DNA from: a virus
Lineage: Duplodnaviria > Heunggongvirae > Uroviricota > Caudoviricetes
Direction: 5' to 3' (one strand)
Length of the DNA stretch: 43,532 nt
Virus record (IMG/VR): IMGVR_UViG_3300024268_000012
Position 1 is the first letter of the stretch. Each line of letters opens with the position of its first letter. This document shows positions 1 to 9,883 of the stretch, piece by piece. The position numbers and the translations under genes are program-made. Below the pieces are notes generated by a model. It worked only from the letters and a program-made list of their open reading frames with translations, had not been told where the DNA came from and searched no databases.

Positions 1-90
1 GCAATGGTTGTGGATGAAATTGAAGATTTTGTTCAGTGCGCTCTTGGTATGAATGGTCCGCTAATTGGCTATACATTAAGTAATGAGGAT
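1..90 (+). CDS. 3' end of an upstream gene (partial, runs off window start)
   Basis: Open frame 1 from base 1 to TAA at 88-90 (…GYTLSNED*). It sits immediately before the RBS of the next gene. Confidence 0.4.
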
Positions 91-96
91 TAAAAT

Positions 97-1095
97 ATGA
101 AGTTTGCAGAAACAGATGTTTGGGGTTTTGAACACGCATTGCGTGGTATGAGAAACCCAAAGAATAGTTGGAAGCAATCTGATAGTTGGGAAATGCCGTT
201 CGATGATCCGGAAGGTCCTGCGCGCGGTTTTTATTGGATTGGTCCCAAGGATATGAAGCTCGCTCAGACTCTTATTAAGGCTGGCCCTGAGCATCGTAAG
301 TTTTTACGTCAGATTTTTGTATCTGTCGATATTACCGCTCCTCTTTATTGGTGGAAGGAATTTGACACCTATAAGGTTGGCACTGTTGCAAATTCCACAT
401 CTACTATGCACAAGTTAATGAGTAAGCCAATTACTCGTGAGTCTTTTGAAATTGATGATTTTTGTGAAGATTTAAGTGTTCAAAAAGTTGATCAGAGCGG
501 AGTCACCGAAGCCGGTCATGAAGTTGGATATCTTGACCATTGGCATATGGAAATGTTTACTGATCATTTGATTGAACATCTTGAAGATATTCGACAGGAT
601 TATATTCGTTGGCAAGAAGCCGCTAAACTTCCCACTGGCGATGAAGAGTGGCTTGATCATTGCGAAGAAATGCAATATCATTTATGGAAAGAGCTTGTCC
701 GCTGGCTGCCCGAAGGCTGGCTGCAGACTCGTACTGTTACCATGAATTATGAAAATCTTCTTGCAATGTGTTCCAAGGGTCAGCGTCGTTTCCATAAATT
801 AAATGAATGGTCTGGTAAAGAAGATCCGAATCTTACCAGTTTTATTGCTTGGGCTCGCACTCTTCCATATGCACAGGAGTTTATCTTTATTGATGAAATG
901 TTCGTCCCAACTCCTGCAGAAGTTTGCGGAAAAGCGCTCCGCGAAATTTGTGGAAAACTCGCTGCGGCGCAAATGACAGAACAGGATTTCTCCGCTCTTG
1001 GTGTTACCGTTTTAAATCCAGATGGAACTTTCAAGTCTGTTTTTGAGATTTTCTCTGAACTTGCGAAGAAATTTGACAAAAATGAAATTTTTTGA
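97..1095 (+). CDS. Hypothetical protein. Possibly a divergent ThyX-like (flavin-dependent thymidylate synthase fold) nucleotide-metabolism enzyme
   Basis: 332-aa ORF with RBS gaggatt 8 nt upstream of ATG. A segment resembling ThyX, '...ITAPLYWWKEFDTYKVGTVANSTSTMH', lacks the canonical RHR and S..S.RY motifs. It lies in a nucleotide-metabolism context. Confidence 0.45.
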   Translation: MKFAETDVWGFEHALRGMRNPKNSWKQSDSWEMPFDDPEGPARGFYWIGPKDMKLAQTLIKAGPEHRKFLRQIFVSVDITAPLYWWKEFDTYKVGTVANSTSTMHKLMSKPITRESFEIDDFCEDLSVQKVDQSGVTEAGHEVGYLDHWHMEMFTDHLIEHLEDIRQDYIRWQEAAKLPTGDEEWLDHCEEMQYHLWKELVRWLPEGWLQTRTVTMNYENLLAMCSKGQRRFHKLNEWSGKEDPNLTSFIAWARTLPYAQEFIFIDEMFVPTPAEVCGKALREICGKLAAAQMTEQDFSALGVTVLNPDGTFKSVFEIFSELAKKFDKNEIF

Positions 1096-1101
1096 TATAA
1101 T
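1073..1101 (+). promoter_or_regulatory. Sigma70-type promoter P1 (TTGACA-N17-TATAAT, extended TG)
   Basis: TTGACA 1073-1078, 17-nt spacer, TGATATAAT with TATAAT at 1096-1101. About 50 nt upstream of gene 1155. Confidence 0.7.
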
Positions 1102-1154
1102 ATATATGTAAGGTTGATAAAGAACCGTCAAATAAATCAAAGGAGAAGAAAAAG

Positions 1155-1511
1155 ATGTCTAAACAGCAGGAATTTATTACTTGGGTCGAGGGAATGATTT
1201 CCGAGAGTTCCATTGAACCCACCGATGGTGCTAAGGCTTATTGGGAGGCTCTCAAGAACGCTGATGTACCATCTGCCAAGCCTGCCTTTACCGACAATGG
1301 TAAGCTAATTCTACAGCAACTCCAGCAGATGCCCGAGGGAATGTACAAGGCTCGAGACATTGCGGAAGCCCTGTTCATTGCTCCGAAGTCTGTTTCTGGC
1401 GCGATGCGTAAGCTCGTAACGGATGGATATGTTGAAAAGGTTGGCAAGGACCCTATTATGTATTCCATTACTGAAAAAGGTAAGAATGTTGATTTTGAAG
1501 GAGATAACTAA
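1155..1511 (+). CDS. Small winged-helix (MarR-like) DNA-binding protein
   Basis: 118-aa ORF with RBS aaaggagaag. The segment 'ARDIAEALFIAPKSVSGAMRKLVTDGYVEKVG...YSITEKG' resembles a MarR/PadR-type wHTH recognition helix plus wing. Confidence 0.5.
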   Translation: MSKQQEFITWVEGMISESSIEPTDGAKAYWEALKNADVPSAKPAFTDNGKLILQQLQQMPEGMYKARDIAEALFIAPKSVSGAMRKLVTDGYVEKVGKDPIMYSITEKGKNVDFEGDN

Positions 1512-1514
1512 TTT

Positions 1515-2456
1515 ATGAAGAAGATGATTAATACTACTCACATTGAGGGTCTGGTGTATGACCACAAGCTGGAGAAGAAGGTAAGCGGCGATACTTCCAA
1601 GAATCCCGGTACCGAGTTTATCAACGGCATTCTGAACGTGGCTACTGACGACAAGGGTATGAATGTTGTGCCCGTTCATTTCTCCTATGTGACTGCTACC
1701 ACTTCTAAGGGTGGCACTAATAACACTTATAATGCGCTTGCTCGTATCATCGACGAGAATCCTTCTGTTGTGAAGGTTGGCCGCGATAATGCTATGAAGG
1801 TTCGCATTGATTCTGCGGTTGGTCTGAATGAGTTCTTCGCAGATCTGAAGGACGAGAAACCTGTTTGCGCGAAGCGTAACGAGGGTGGTTTCGTTCACAT
1901 TGTGAATGAGATTGATGAGGACGAGAAGAAGCGTTCCTATTTTGAAACCGATATGCTGATCACTGGTGTCCGTGATGTTGAGGCTGATCCTGAGCGTAAT
2001 CTGCCTGCCAAGGTTGTTGTTATGGGATATGCATTCGACTTCCGTAATGCACTGCTTCCTGTTGAATATTCCGTTCTGAATGAGAATGGTATGAAGTACT
2101 TCCAGAAGCTAGATTGCTCTCCTGCGAATCCTACCTTTACCAAGGTTTGGGGTCGTCAGATTTCTCAGACTATTAAGACTGAGATTACTGAAGAGTCTGC
2201 ATTCGGTGAGGCTTCTGTTCGCATTCGTGAGACCACCAATCGTGATTTCGTAATTACTGGTACTTCCAAGGTTCCTTATATGTGGGATGATGATAGCACC
2301 ATCACCGCAATGGAAATGAAGAAGGCTCTGCAGGATCGTGAGATTTATCTTGCTGGCGTAAAGAAGCGTCAGGAGGACTACCAGAATTCCAAGACTAACG
2401 GTGCGGCTGCTAAGACTGCTATGGCTAATACTGCTGCTTCCGGTTATAATTTCTAA
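1515..2456 (+). CDS. Hypothetical replication-module protein (possibly ssDNA-binding/annealing, from context only)
   Basis: 313-aa ORF tightly packed between the wHTH gene and the Sak4-like ATPase. No motif recognised. Confidence 0.5.
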   Translation: MKKMINTTHIEGLVYDHKLEKKVSGDTSKNPGTEFINGILNVATDDKGMNVVPVHFSYVTATTSKGGTNNTYNALARIIDENPSVVKVGRDNAMKVRIDSAVGLNEFFADLKDEKPVCAKRNEGGFVHIVNEIDEDEKKRSYFETDMLITGVRDVEADPERNLPAKVVVMGYAFDFRNALLPVEYSVLNENGMKYFQKLDCSPANPTFTKVWGRQISQTIKTEITEESAFGEASVRIRETTNRDFVITGTSKVPYMWDDDSTITAMEMKKALQDREIYLAGVKKRQEDYQNSKTNGAAAKTAMANTAASGYNF

Positions 2457-2475
2457 TTAAGGAGGAAGAAGTAAT

Positions 2476-3459
2476 ATGGCCAATGCTCTTACAATGATTA
2501 AGCCACATGAGGTCTCTCGAGACCTCAGTGGTTACTCCGTTCTCTTCTATGGTACCCCTAAGTCTGGTAAGACTACCATTGCTTCTCATTTCCCCAAGTC
2601 CCTTGTATTTGCTTTCGAAAAGGGTTATTCCGCAATTCCCGGTATTATGGCTATTCCCGTTAATAGCTGGCGTGAGTTCCGTAGCTTCCTAATGGATCTG
2701 CGCGAAGATGAAACCAAGGAAATGTACAAGACTGTGGTTATGGATACCGCAGACATTGCTTGGGATTATTGCACTGATTATGTCTGTCAGCAGAATGGTG
2801 TATCCAAGATTGGCGACATTCCTTATGGCGGTGGTTATGCTCTTGCTCAGCGTGAGTTTGACACCTGTATTCGTAAGATTCTGCAGATGGATTATGGCCT
2901 CGTTCTGATCTCTCACTCTAAGGAAAAGACCTTGAAGGATGAACAAGGTAATGAGTACGATCAGATTATGCCCACTCTTGAAAATAAGGCTCGCCTAATC
3001 TGTGAGCGTACCTGCGATATTATCGGTATGTGTCGTCCTGTTAAGGAAGCCGATGGTAGTGTTCAGACTCGTCTGTTCCTGCGCGAGACTCCTCGTTATG
3101 TCGCTGGTTCTCGTTTCAAGTATATTGTGGATTCCATCCCCTTCACCTATGATAATCTTGTAAAGGCAATTACTGATGCTATCGAGAAGGAAGCTCAGGA
3201 AACTGGAAACAAGTACGTTACCGCAACTAAGGCAAACCTGCATATTGCACCTGAAGCTAAGACCTATGATTTCAAGGCCCTGATTGATGAATTCCAGACT
3301 ATCGTCGGTCAGCTTATGAGCAAGAGCCCGGCTAACCGTTCTAAGATTTCTGGCATCGTAGCCGAGTATCTGGGCGGCGAAAAGAAGGTTGGAGATTGCA
3401 CCGAAGATGATGCACCTCAGCTTGACCTGATCCTTCAGGAGCTCCGCACTCTAGCCTAA
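2476..3459 (+). CDS. Sak4-like RecA-superfamily ATPase (AAA_24 family)
   Basis: Walker A 'YGTPKSGKTT' near the N-terminus, Walker B-like 'VVMDTAD', RBS aaggagg. Typical phage recombination/replication ATPase. Confidence 0.75.
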   Translation: MANALTMIKPHEVSRDLSGYSVLFYGTPKSGKTTIASHFPKSLVFAFEKGYSAIPGIMAIPVNSWREFRSFLMDLREDETKEMYKTVVMDTADIAWDYCTDYVCQQNGVSKIGDIPYGGGYALAQREFDTCIRKILQMDYGLVLISHSKEKTLKDEQGNEYDQIMPTLENKARLICERTCDIIGMCRPVKEADGSVQTRLFLRETPRYVAGSRFKYIVDSIPFTYDNLVKAITDAIEKEAQETGNKYVTATKANLHIAPEAKTYDFKALIDEFQTIVGQLMSKSPANRSKISGIVAEYLGGEKKVGDCTEDDAPQLDLILQELRTLA

Positions 3460-3473
3460 TCTCTCTCATATAC

Positions 3474-3511
3474 GAGCCACGGATGAAATACTCCGTGGCT
3501 TGACTTTTATT
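3474..3511 (+). terminator. Rho-independent terminator after the Sak4-like ATPase gene
   Basis: Stem AGCCACGGA/TCCGTGGCT with 8-nt loop, followed by TGACTTTTATT. Confidence 0.6.
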
Positions 3512-3528
3512 AAAAAATATGATATAAT
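3500..3528 (+). promoter_or_regulatory. Sigma70-type promoter P2 (TTGACT-N17-TATAAT, extended TG)
   Basis: TTGACT 3500-3505 and TATGATATAAT with TATAAT 3523-3528. Overlaps the 3' side of the preceding terminator hairpin. Confidence 0.7.
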
Positions 3529-3559
3529 ATATGTAGAAGGAATATAGAAAGGAGCGTCG

Positions 3560-4081
3560 GTGATGGCACATGTAGTAAAATGCCCATATTGTGGCAAATC
3601 CTTCGATAGAGATAAAATGTTAGATTTTGTGCAGGTTAATTCTCGTCGATATGCACATACCCAGTGTCATGCAGAACACCTCGCTCAAATGTCTCAAGAG
3701 GAGAAAGACTTGATGGCGCTTGAGGCATACATCAAGAAACTACTCAATTTGGATACGATAAATGCGCGAGTGCGGAAACAAATTACTGATTATCACAACA
3801 ATCAGAATTATTCTTATACAGGAATTCTGAAAGCATTGACTTATTTCTATGAAGTCAAAGGTAATTCCACAGAAAAAGCCAACGGTGGTATTGGTATTGT
3901 TCCATATGTATATCAAGATGCATTTAACTATTATTACCATATTTGGATGGCGAAACAAACCAATGAGGTAAAACCAATTGAGCAATATACCGCTCCTCCA
4001 AAGAGAGAAATTGTTATTCCTCGTCCAAAGAGAGTGGAAAAGAAAAGAAAATTATTTGCGTTTTTAGACGAGGAGGAGTAA
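3560..4081 (+). CDS. Zinc-ribbon protein (possible helicase loader/accessory)
   Basis: N-terminal 'CPYCGKSF...HTQCH' C2HC zinc finger. It follows promoter P2 and immediately precedes the DnaB-like helicase. Confidence 0.55.
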   Translation: MMAHVVKCPYCGKSFDRDKMLDFVQVNSRRYAHTQCHAEHLAQMSQEEKDLMALEAYIKKLLNLDTINARVRKQITDYHNNQNYSYTGILKALTYFYEVKGNSTEKANGGIGIVPYVYQDAFNYYYHIWMAKQTNEVKPIEQYTAPPKREIVIPRPKRVEKKRKLFAFLDEEE

Positions 4082-4084
4082 CCA

Positions 4085-5632
4085 ATGGGTTCTAAATATG
4101 TAGATAGCACAGCGATAATGCAAGTCATTGGTTGTGTATATAATGAACCTAAACTGCTCGACATGCAAGAAGCATATGTTGTAACTGAGGAAGATTTTCC
4201 AGAAGATTTCCATAAGATTGTTTATGGTACAATTTATAAGTTGCATGAGTCTGGCGTTAAGTCTATTACTCTTGAAGCAATCAATGACTTTCTAGATACC
4301 AAGCCTAAGAAAAAGGCAATCTTTGACGTAAATAAAGGTAATGAGTATCTGCAAAAAGTGGGCGCAATTGCATCTACAACCACATTTAAATATTATTATG
4401 ATAGACTGAAGAAAATGACTCTTCTACGCGCATATGATAATTTTGGTTTGGATGTATCTTTCTTGTATGACCCTGACAATATTTTGGATTTGAAAAAGAA
4501 AGAAGCTCAAGAGGAATGGTTTGATAATGTATCACTCGAAACTATCGCTGATACTATTGATAGCAAAATCGCTACTATTAGGGAAGAGTACGCAGAAGGC
4601 GAGGGTCTTTATGGAGCGTCTTACCCTGCAGGCGATGGTATTGAAGAACTGATTCGACGTTTTGAAGAAGTGCCTGATGTTGGTGTTCCTCTATTTGGTA
4701 ATTATATTAACACCATTACAAGAGGGGCAAGACTTGGCAAGTTTTATCTACGATCTGCTCCCACTGGCGTTGGTAAGACTCGTAGTATGATTGCCGATGC
4801 ATGTTTTATCGGCTGTAATCGTTTTTATGATGAAGAATTTGGATGGGTAAAGAATGGTCAAGCTTTGCCAACTTTGTTCATCGGCACTGAACAGGATAAA
4901 GATGAAATTCAAACAATGATGCTCGCATTTTTGTCTAACGTAAATGAAGAGCATATTCTGAATGGTCAGTATGATCCTGGCGAAAGAGATAGAGTATTTG
5001 AGGCAGCAAGAATCATTAAAGAGTCTCCGCTTTATATCGAAGAACTGCCAGAGTTTAATCTACAGGATGTTGAAAATGTAATCAAACGTAATCTGCGTGA
5101 AAGAGACATTCAGTATGTATTTCATGATTACATTCACACTAGTCTGAAAATCTTGGAAGAGATTAGTAAGAAAGCTGGCAAGGTTGCACTTCGTGAAGAT
5201 AATATCTTGTTTATGCTGTCTGCGCGCATTAAGGAGATCTGCGTGAAGCATAATGTTTTCATTATGTCTGCGACTCAATTAAATGGTGATTATCAGGACG
5301 CGAAAACTCCTGACCAGAATCTTCTGCGTGGTGCAAAGGCTATCGCTGATAAGATTGACTATGGTTCTATTTTACTTCCTGTAAAAGAAGTTGATTTGGC
5401 ATCTCTTGAGAATGTGCTTTCTCGCAATCCTAATTTTGGCACGCCAAATATCAAACTATCTATTTATAAGAATAGACGAGGTCGATATAAAGGAGTTATT
5501 CTTTGGTGTAAGGCAGATTTGGGAACTTGCCGCATTCAGCCAGTATTTTTAACTGACTTTATGTATGAACTACAAACGATTGAAGATATAAAAGTGCTGA
5601 CACAAGAGGAATCAGCATTTGAGGAGGATTAA
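4085..5632 (+). CDS. dnaB: DnaB-like replicative DNA helicase
   Basis: 515 aa. Walker A 'SAPTGVGKTRSMIADA' lies in the C-terminal RecA-like domain, and the N-terminal domain is DnaB-like. The gene is adjacent to the primase. Confidence 0.85.
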   Translation: MGSKYVDSTAIMQVIGCVYNEPKLLDMQEAYVVTEEDFPEDFHKIVYGTIYKLHESGVKSITLEAINDFLDTKPKKKAIFDVNKGNEYLQKVGAIASTTTFKYYYDRLKKMTLLRAYDNFGLDVSFLYDPDNILDLKKKEAQEEWFDNVSLETIADTIDSKIATIREEYAEGEGLYGASYPAGDGIEELIRRFEEVPDVGVPLFGNYINTITRGARLGKFYLRSAPTGVGKTRSMIADACFIGCNRFYDEEFGWVKNGQALPTLFIGTEQDKDEIQTMMLAFLSNVNEEHILNGQYDPGERDRVFEAARIIKESPLYIEELPEFNLQDVENVIKRNLRERDIQYVFHDYIHTSLKILEEISKKAGKVALREDNILFMLSARIKEICVKHNVFIMSATQLNGDYQDAKTPDQNLLRGAKAIADKIDYGSILLPVKEVDLASLENVLSRNPNFGTPNIKLSIYKNRRGRYKGVILWCKADLGTCRIQPVFLTDFMYELQTIEDIKVLTQEESAFEED

Positions 5633-5633
5633 T

Positions 5634-5816
5634 ATGGCTAATACTAATAAGGTTATTTGGGGACGTGAACTGGAATATGTGATGCCTCGTGGCATGTATG
5701 AGGATCTGCGTGAGCAGGCTCCCAAGAATGTTAATACCAAGGATTGGGTCATGGACTATATCAATGATACTTTTGGTCTGCTCGGCACGGTGACGGAGAT
5801 TCGTATCGAAGGGTAA
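5634..5816 (+). CDS. Small hypothetical protein
   Basis: ATG at 5634 preceded by ggaggatt. The 60-aa ORF overlaps the helicase stop. Confidence 0.4.
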   Translation: MANTNKVIWGRELEYVMPRGMYEDLREQAPKNVNTKDWVMDYINDTFGLLGTVTEIRIEG

Positions 5817-5822
5817 AATTTT

Positions 5823-6923
5823 ATGATGAAATATGACAAGGATGAAATCAAAGGAAAATTAACCACCGATATGGTGTTTGATATTGTTGAAGAATTGGGC
5901 GGCGACCCTCGCAAAACAGATTTTGGTTTTATCTCTGCCACTATTTGTCATAATGAGCCGGGCGAGGGCTCTCACAAATTATATTATTATGAGAACACCG
6001 CCCTATTTCGTTGTTATACTGGCTGTGACAGCTATTTTGATATATTCGAGTTAATTGCAAAAATAAAAGAAGTTCGTAGCTCAGAGGAATGGGGTCTATA
6101 TGACTCTGTTCGCTGGGTTGCTGGACGTTACGGCTGGGGTCCAACTGTCGAAGATGATGAGGACGTTCCAAATCTCGCAGACTGGAAGTTATTAGAAAAA
6201 TATGATAAACTCCATACTGAGAAAAAGGAAAGTCGAAACATTCAATTACCAGAATACGATCAAACAATTCTAAAAAATCTTTCATATCCAAATATCGCCG
6301 ATTGGACGGATGAGGGAATTACAAGAGAGGTTCAACTGGCTAATCTTATTGGATATTATCCATCAGGTGAACAAATTACGATTCCACATTTTGATATTAA
6401 TGGACGTTTTGTTGGATTGCGCGGAAGATCTTTAGGACAAGATGATGCAGATCGTTTTGGTAAATATCGACCCCTAATAGTTGGTAAGGAAATGTATAAT
6501 CATTCTCTTGGCTTGAATCTGTATAATATCAATAATAGCGCTCCACATATCAAAGTAGCTAAAACTGCAATTGTGTTTGAAGGCGAAAAATCATGTCTTT
6601 TGTATCAATCTTATTTTGGACGAGAGAATGATATTTCTGTGGCCTGTTGTGGCTCTGCTGTCAGCTCAATCCAAATGTCAATTCTTCTAAATCTTGGTGT
6701 AAAAGAAATAGTAATTGCTTTTGATAGGCAGTTCCAAAAGAAGAATGATGAAGAGTTCAAACGCTTGGTAAAAAATTTAAAGGCTATAAAAGCACGATAT
6801 GGACAGTATGCAACTATATCTTTTATGTTCGATACAGAAGATGTATTACCTTATAAAGCATCTCCCATTGACTGCGGGCCAACGGTATTTTTAGATATGT
6901 TTAAGAAGAGGATTATTTTGTAA
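5823..6923 (+). CDS. dnaG: DnaG-like DNA primase (CHC2 zinc finger + TOPRIM)
   Basis: 'CHNEPGEGSHKLYYYENTALFRCYTGC' matches the primase CHC2 Zn-finger. 'VFEGEKS' is a TOPRIM EGE motif. Confidence 0.8.
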   Translation: MMKYDKDEIKGKLTTDMVFDIVEELGGDPRKTDFGFISATICHNEPGEGSHKLYYYENTALFRCYTGCDSYFDIFELIAKIKEVRSSEEWGLYDSVRWVAGRYGWGPTVEDDEDVPNLADWKLLEKYDKLHTEKKESRNIQLPEYDQTILKNLSYPNIADWTDEGITREVQLANLIGYYPSGEQITIPHFDINGRFVGLRGRSLGQDDADRFGKYRPLIVGKEMYNHSLGLNLYNINNSAPHIKVAKTAIVFEGEKSCLLYQSYFGRENDISVACCGSAVSSIQMSILLNLGVKEIVIAFDRQFQKKNDEEFKRLVKNLKAIKARYGQYATISFMFDTEDVLPYKASPIDCGPTVFLDMFKKRIIL

Positions 6924-8659
6924 TGAATTATAAATTAATAGCACCAAGAGATGATGAGCTTACTGCAATTGAGCAGGTGCTTGTAAATAGAGGGATTCCC
7001 TATAAAGATATTCGTTTATATTTGAATCTTAATGATTCAGTTATTCAAGACCCATATGGTCTTACCAACATTGAATTGGGCGCGAGACGATTGCTCCAAG
7101 CGATGTTGAGACAAGAGGAGATTTATGTTCAAGTCGATAGTGACTGCGATGGTTACACGTCTGCGGCGGTTCTTATTAATTACCTACATCGTGTGTTCCC
7201 TTCAATTGTGGAAAATAAAGTACGATATGGGTTGCATACGAAAAAGCATCACGGAATTGCGGTGGAAGATATTCCCAGTGGATGTACGTTGGTGGTGGCA
7301 CCTGATTCGTCATCAAATGAAGCGGATATTCACAGAGAACTCAAAGCTAATGGAATCGATGTACTCGTCCTGGATCACCACCACGCAGAACCCGACGGAC
7401 AAGACCCAGCAATAATTGTTAATAACCAGATGTGCGACTATGATAATAAGTGTCTATCTGGTGTTGGTGTAGTCTATAAATTTTGTAAAGTTTTAGATGA
7501 TCTAATTGGTGTATCATATGCTGACGATTTCCTTGATTTGGTCGCTCTTGGAATGGTTGCTGATATGATGGATTTGCGTTCTTTTGAAACGAAGCGATTG
7601 ATTGATATTGGATGCACAGAAATTCATAATCCGTTCTTTGTCCATATGGCGAAAAAGAATGATTATTCTATGAAGAGTAAAATTAATCCATTTACAATTT
7701 CATTTTATGTAGCTCCATTTATTAATGCAATCACTCGTAGTGGTAATGATGCAGAAAAGTTGCTGATCTTTGAATCTCTATTAGATCATCGAGCAATGCG
7801 ATTAATTCCATCTGGTAATCGCAATCGTAAAGGATTAGAAGATTTACTTGTGGTTGAAGCAATCCGCGTTGCTGGTAATGTTAAAAAGCATCAGGATGAT
7901 GCAAAAGTTAAGGCACTTGATGATTTACGATTCCGCATTAATTCTGGAGAATGCGATTTTGGTATCTTGATTATCACTCTTGATAATCCTATTGATACCA
8001 ATCTTACTGGTTTGTTAGCAAACCAAATTATGGCTGAATATGGTAAACCAACTTTGATTTTAAACAAGAGGATAAACAATGAAACAGGAGAAATCACTTG
8101 GGAAGGTTCTGGCCGAGGCTTCATTACTCCTCATGTTAATGATTGGCGTGCTTATCTTGAACAATACGCTATGTATGCAGAAGGTCATGCGATGGCTTTC
8201 GGAGTTGGTTTTATCCCTGATCAGCTGACAGACTTTAAGCATTTAATGACCACTAGCCCAATGGATATTACAAAGTCTTATGATGTTGATTTTGTATTCC
8301 AAATGACTGATAATTTTGATGCCGACATTCTTGATGTTGCAAAATATGATGAAATGTGGGGTCAAGGTTTAACTCAGCCGATGGTGGCTATTAAAAATAT
8401 TTCTTTGAAGAAAGACGACATTCTTCTGCAGGGTAAAGGCACATTAAAACTTAAACTTGGTAATCATCGTACTACATGCATTAAGTTTGGTGGAACCGAT
8501 ATTTATAATGAATTACAGTCTTTGTTCCCGTCTGATGATGCTACAATTAAGCTCAATCTAATCGGCACCTGTGCTTTAAATGATTGGGGTGGAAGCATTT
8601 CTCCCCAGCTAAAGCTGGTTGATTATGATGTGTCATATGTAGATACTTGGGGTTTTTAA
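6923..8659 (+). CDS. DHH-family phosphoesterase / RecJ-like ssDNA exonuclease
   Basis: DHH motifs 'DSDCDG', 'VLDHHH' and 'GHAMAFG', 578 aa. The start overlaps the primase stop (TAATG). Confidence 0.75.
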   Translation: MNYKLIAPRDDELTAIEQVLVNRGIPYKDIRLYLNLNDSVIQDPYGLTNIELGARRLLQAMLRQEEIYVQVDSDCDGYTSAAVLINYLHRVFPSIVENKVRYGLHTKKHHGIAVEDIPSGCTLVVAPDSSSNEADIHRELKANGIDVLVLDHHHAEPDGQDPAIIVNNQMCDYDNKCLSGVGVVYKFCKVLDDLIGVSYADDFLDLVALGMVADMMDLRSFETKRLIDIGCTEIHNPFFVHMAKKNDYSMKSKINPFTISFYVAPFINAITRSGNDAEKLLIFESLLDHRAMRLIPSGNRNRKGLEDLLVVEAIRVAGNVKKHQDDAKVKALDDLRFRINSGECDFGILIITLDNPIDTNLTGLLANQIMAEYGKPTLILNKRINNETGEITWEGSGRGFITPHVNDWRAYLEQYAMYAEGHAMAFGVGFIPDQLTDFKHLMTTSPMDITKSYDVDFVFQMTDNFDADILDVAKYDEMWGQGLTQPMVAIKNISLKKDDILLQGKGTLKLKLGNHRTTCIKFGGTDIYNELQSLFPSDDATIKLNLIGTCALNDWGGSISPQLKLVDYDVSYVDTWGF

Positions 8660-8660
8660 T

Positions 8661-8689
8661 TTGACAACTTCAAAAAGAAATGGTATAAT
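8661..8689 (+). promoter_or_regulatory. Sigma70-type promoter P3 (TTGACA-N17-TATAAT, extended TG)
   Basis: TTGACA 8661-8666, TGGTATAAT with TATAAT 8684-8689. Confidence 0.7.
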
Positions 8690-8722
8690 ATAATTGTAGA
8701 AAATAGGAAAGTAGGAACTTAA

Positions 8723-9883
8723 ATGATACTGACTGCTAAGCAAGAAGAAGGTCTTAAGATTGCGGTCAAGCGTTATAAGGACCACGAACCTTATACTTGT
8801 ATTGCTGGTTATGCCGGGACAGGTAAAAGCACACTTATTCGATTTATTATCAGTGCATTGAATATTGATCCTGATGATGTGTGTTATGTAGCCTATACCG
8901 GCAAAGCCGCGCAGGTTTTGCGTTCAAAAGGATGCCCGAATGCAATGACCGCACATAGATTACTATATAAATCTGTACAAAAGGATGATGGAACATTTGT
9001 TCATTTTCCGAAGCGTCCATTATTTCCTTTTGCTCTAATTGTTGTAGATGAAATTTCCATGCTACCAAAACCAATGTGGGAACTTTTATTATCTCATCGA
9101 ATTCATGTAATCGCTCTTGGTGATCCCGGTCAGCTTCCGCCTGTTATGGCTGAAAGTAATGGTGTGTTGGATACCCCGCATATTTTTCTGGATGAAGTTA
9201 TGCGACAGGCTGCCGAAAGTGAGATTATCCGTTTAACAATGGATATTCGTGCAGGAAAAGGTTTGACTCCTATGTTGGGCCAAGAGGTAAGAATTGTAGG
9301 GCGTGAAGAACTCCTACAACCTGGTTTTCTTGCATGGGGAGATCAGATTATTTGCGGTAAAAATGAAACCCGCAATCAAATTAATAGAGTAATGCGACAG
9401 ATCAAAATGAATACTGAAGGAATTGAACCTTTAGTAGGAGACCGAATTATCTGTCTGCATAATGAATGGGAATGTATAAATCTAACTGGTGATGCTCTTG
9501 TAAATGGTTTGAGTGGCACAATTACTGATTTGAAATATACAAATGATAACCCATTTATGGAGAAAACTCCCATCATCGACTTCCAGCCTGATATTGATGA
9601 CAGTGACACCTTTAGAGGATTAGAAGTCGATTATAAGCTTTTCACTGAACATGTGCCGACTGTGAACAAAGAAACCTTCAAGAAAATTCCTAAGTTCTAT
9701 CGACCCAAGGAGTTTGATTATGGATATTGCATTACTTGCCATAAAGCGCAAGGTAGCGAATATGATAAGGTTATTGTTCTTGAGGAATACTTGAGAGGTG
9801 AAAGCAAAGATGGTCATTCTCGTTGGCTTTATACTGCTGCTACTCGCGCTGCCAAGAAATTAATTATTGTGAGGAATTATTAA
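8723..9883 (+). CDS. Pif1/RecD/Dda-like SF1B DNA helicase
   Basis: Walker A 'GYAGTGKST', Walker B 'VVDEISML', and C-terminal 'CITCHKAQGSEYDKVIV' (UvrD_C_2-type motif). It follows promoter P3. Confidence 0.85.
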   Translation: MILTAKQEEGLKIAVKRYKDHEPYTCIAGYAGTGKSTLIRFIISALNIDPDDVCYVAYTGKAAQVLRSKGCPNAMTAHRLLYKSVQKDDGTFVHFPKRPLFPFALIVVDEISMLPKPMWELLLSHRIHVIALGDPGQLPPVMAESNGVLDTPHIFLDEVMRQAAESEIIRLTMDIRAGKGLTPMLGQEVRIVGREELLQPGFLAWGDQIICGKNETRNQINRVMRQIKMNTEGIEPLVGDRIICLHNEWECINLTGDALVNGLSGTITDLKYTNDNPFMEKTPIIDFQPDIDDSDTFRGLEVDYKLFTEHVPTVNKETFKKIPKFYRPKEFDYGYCITCHKAQGSEYDKVIVLEEYLRGESKDGHSRWLYTAATRAAKKLIIVRNY

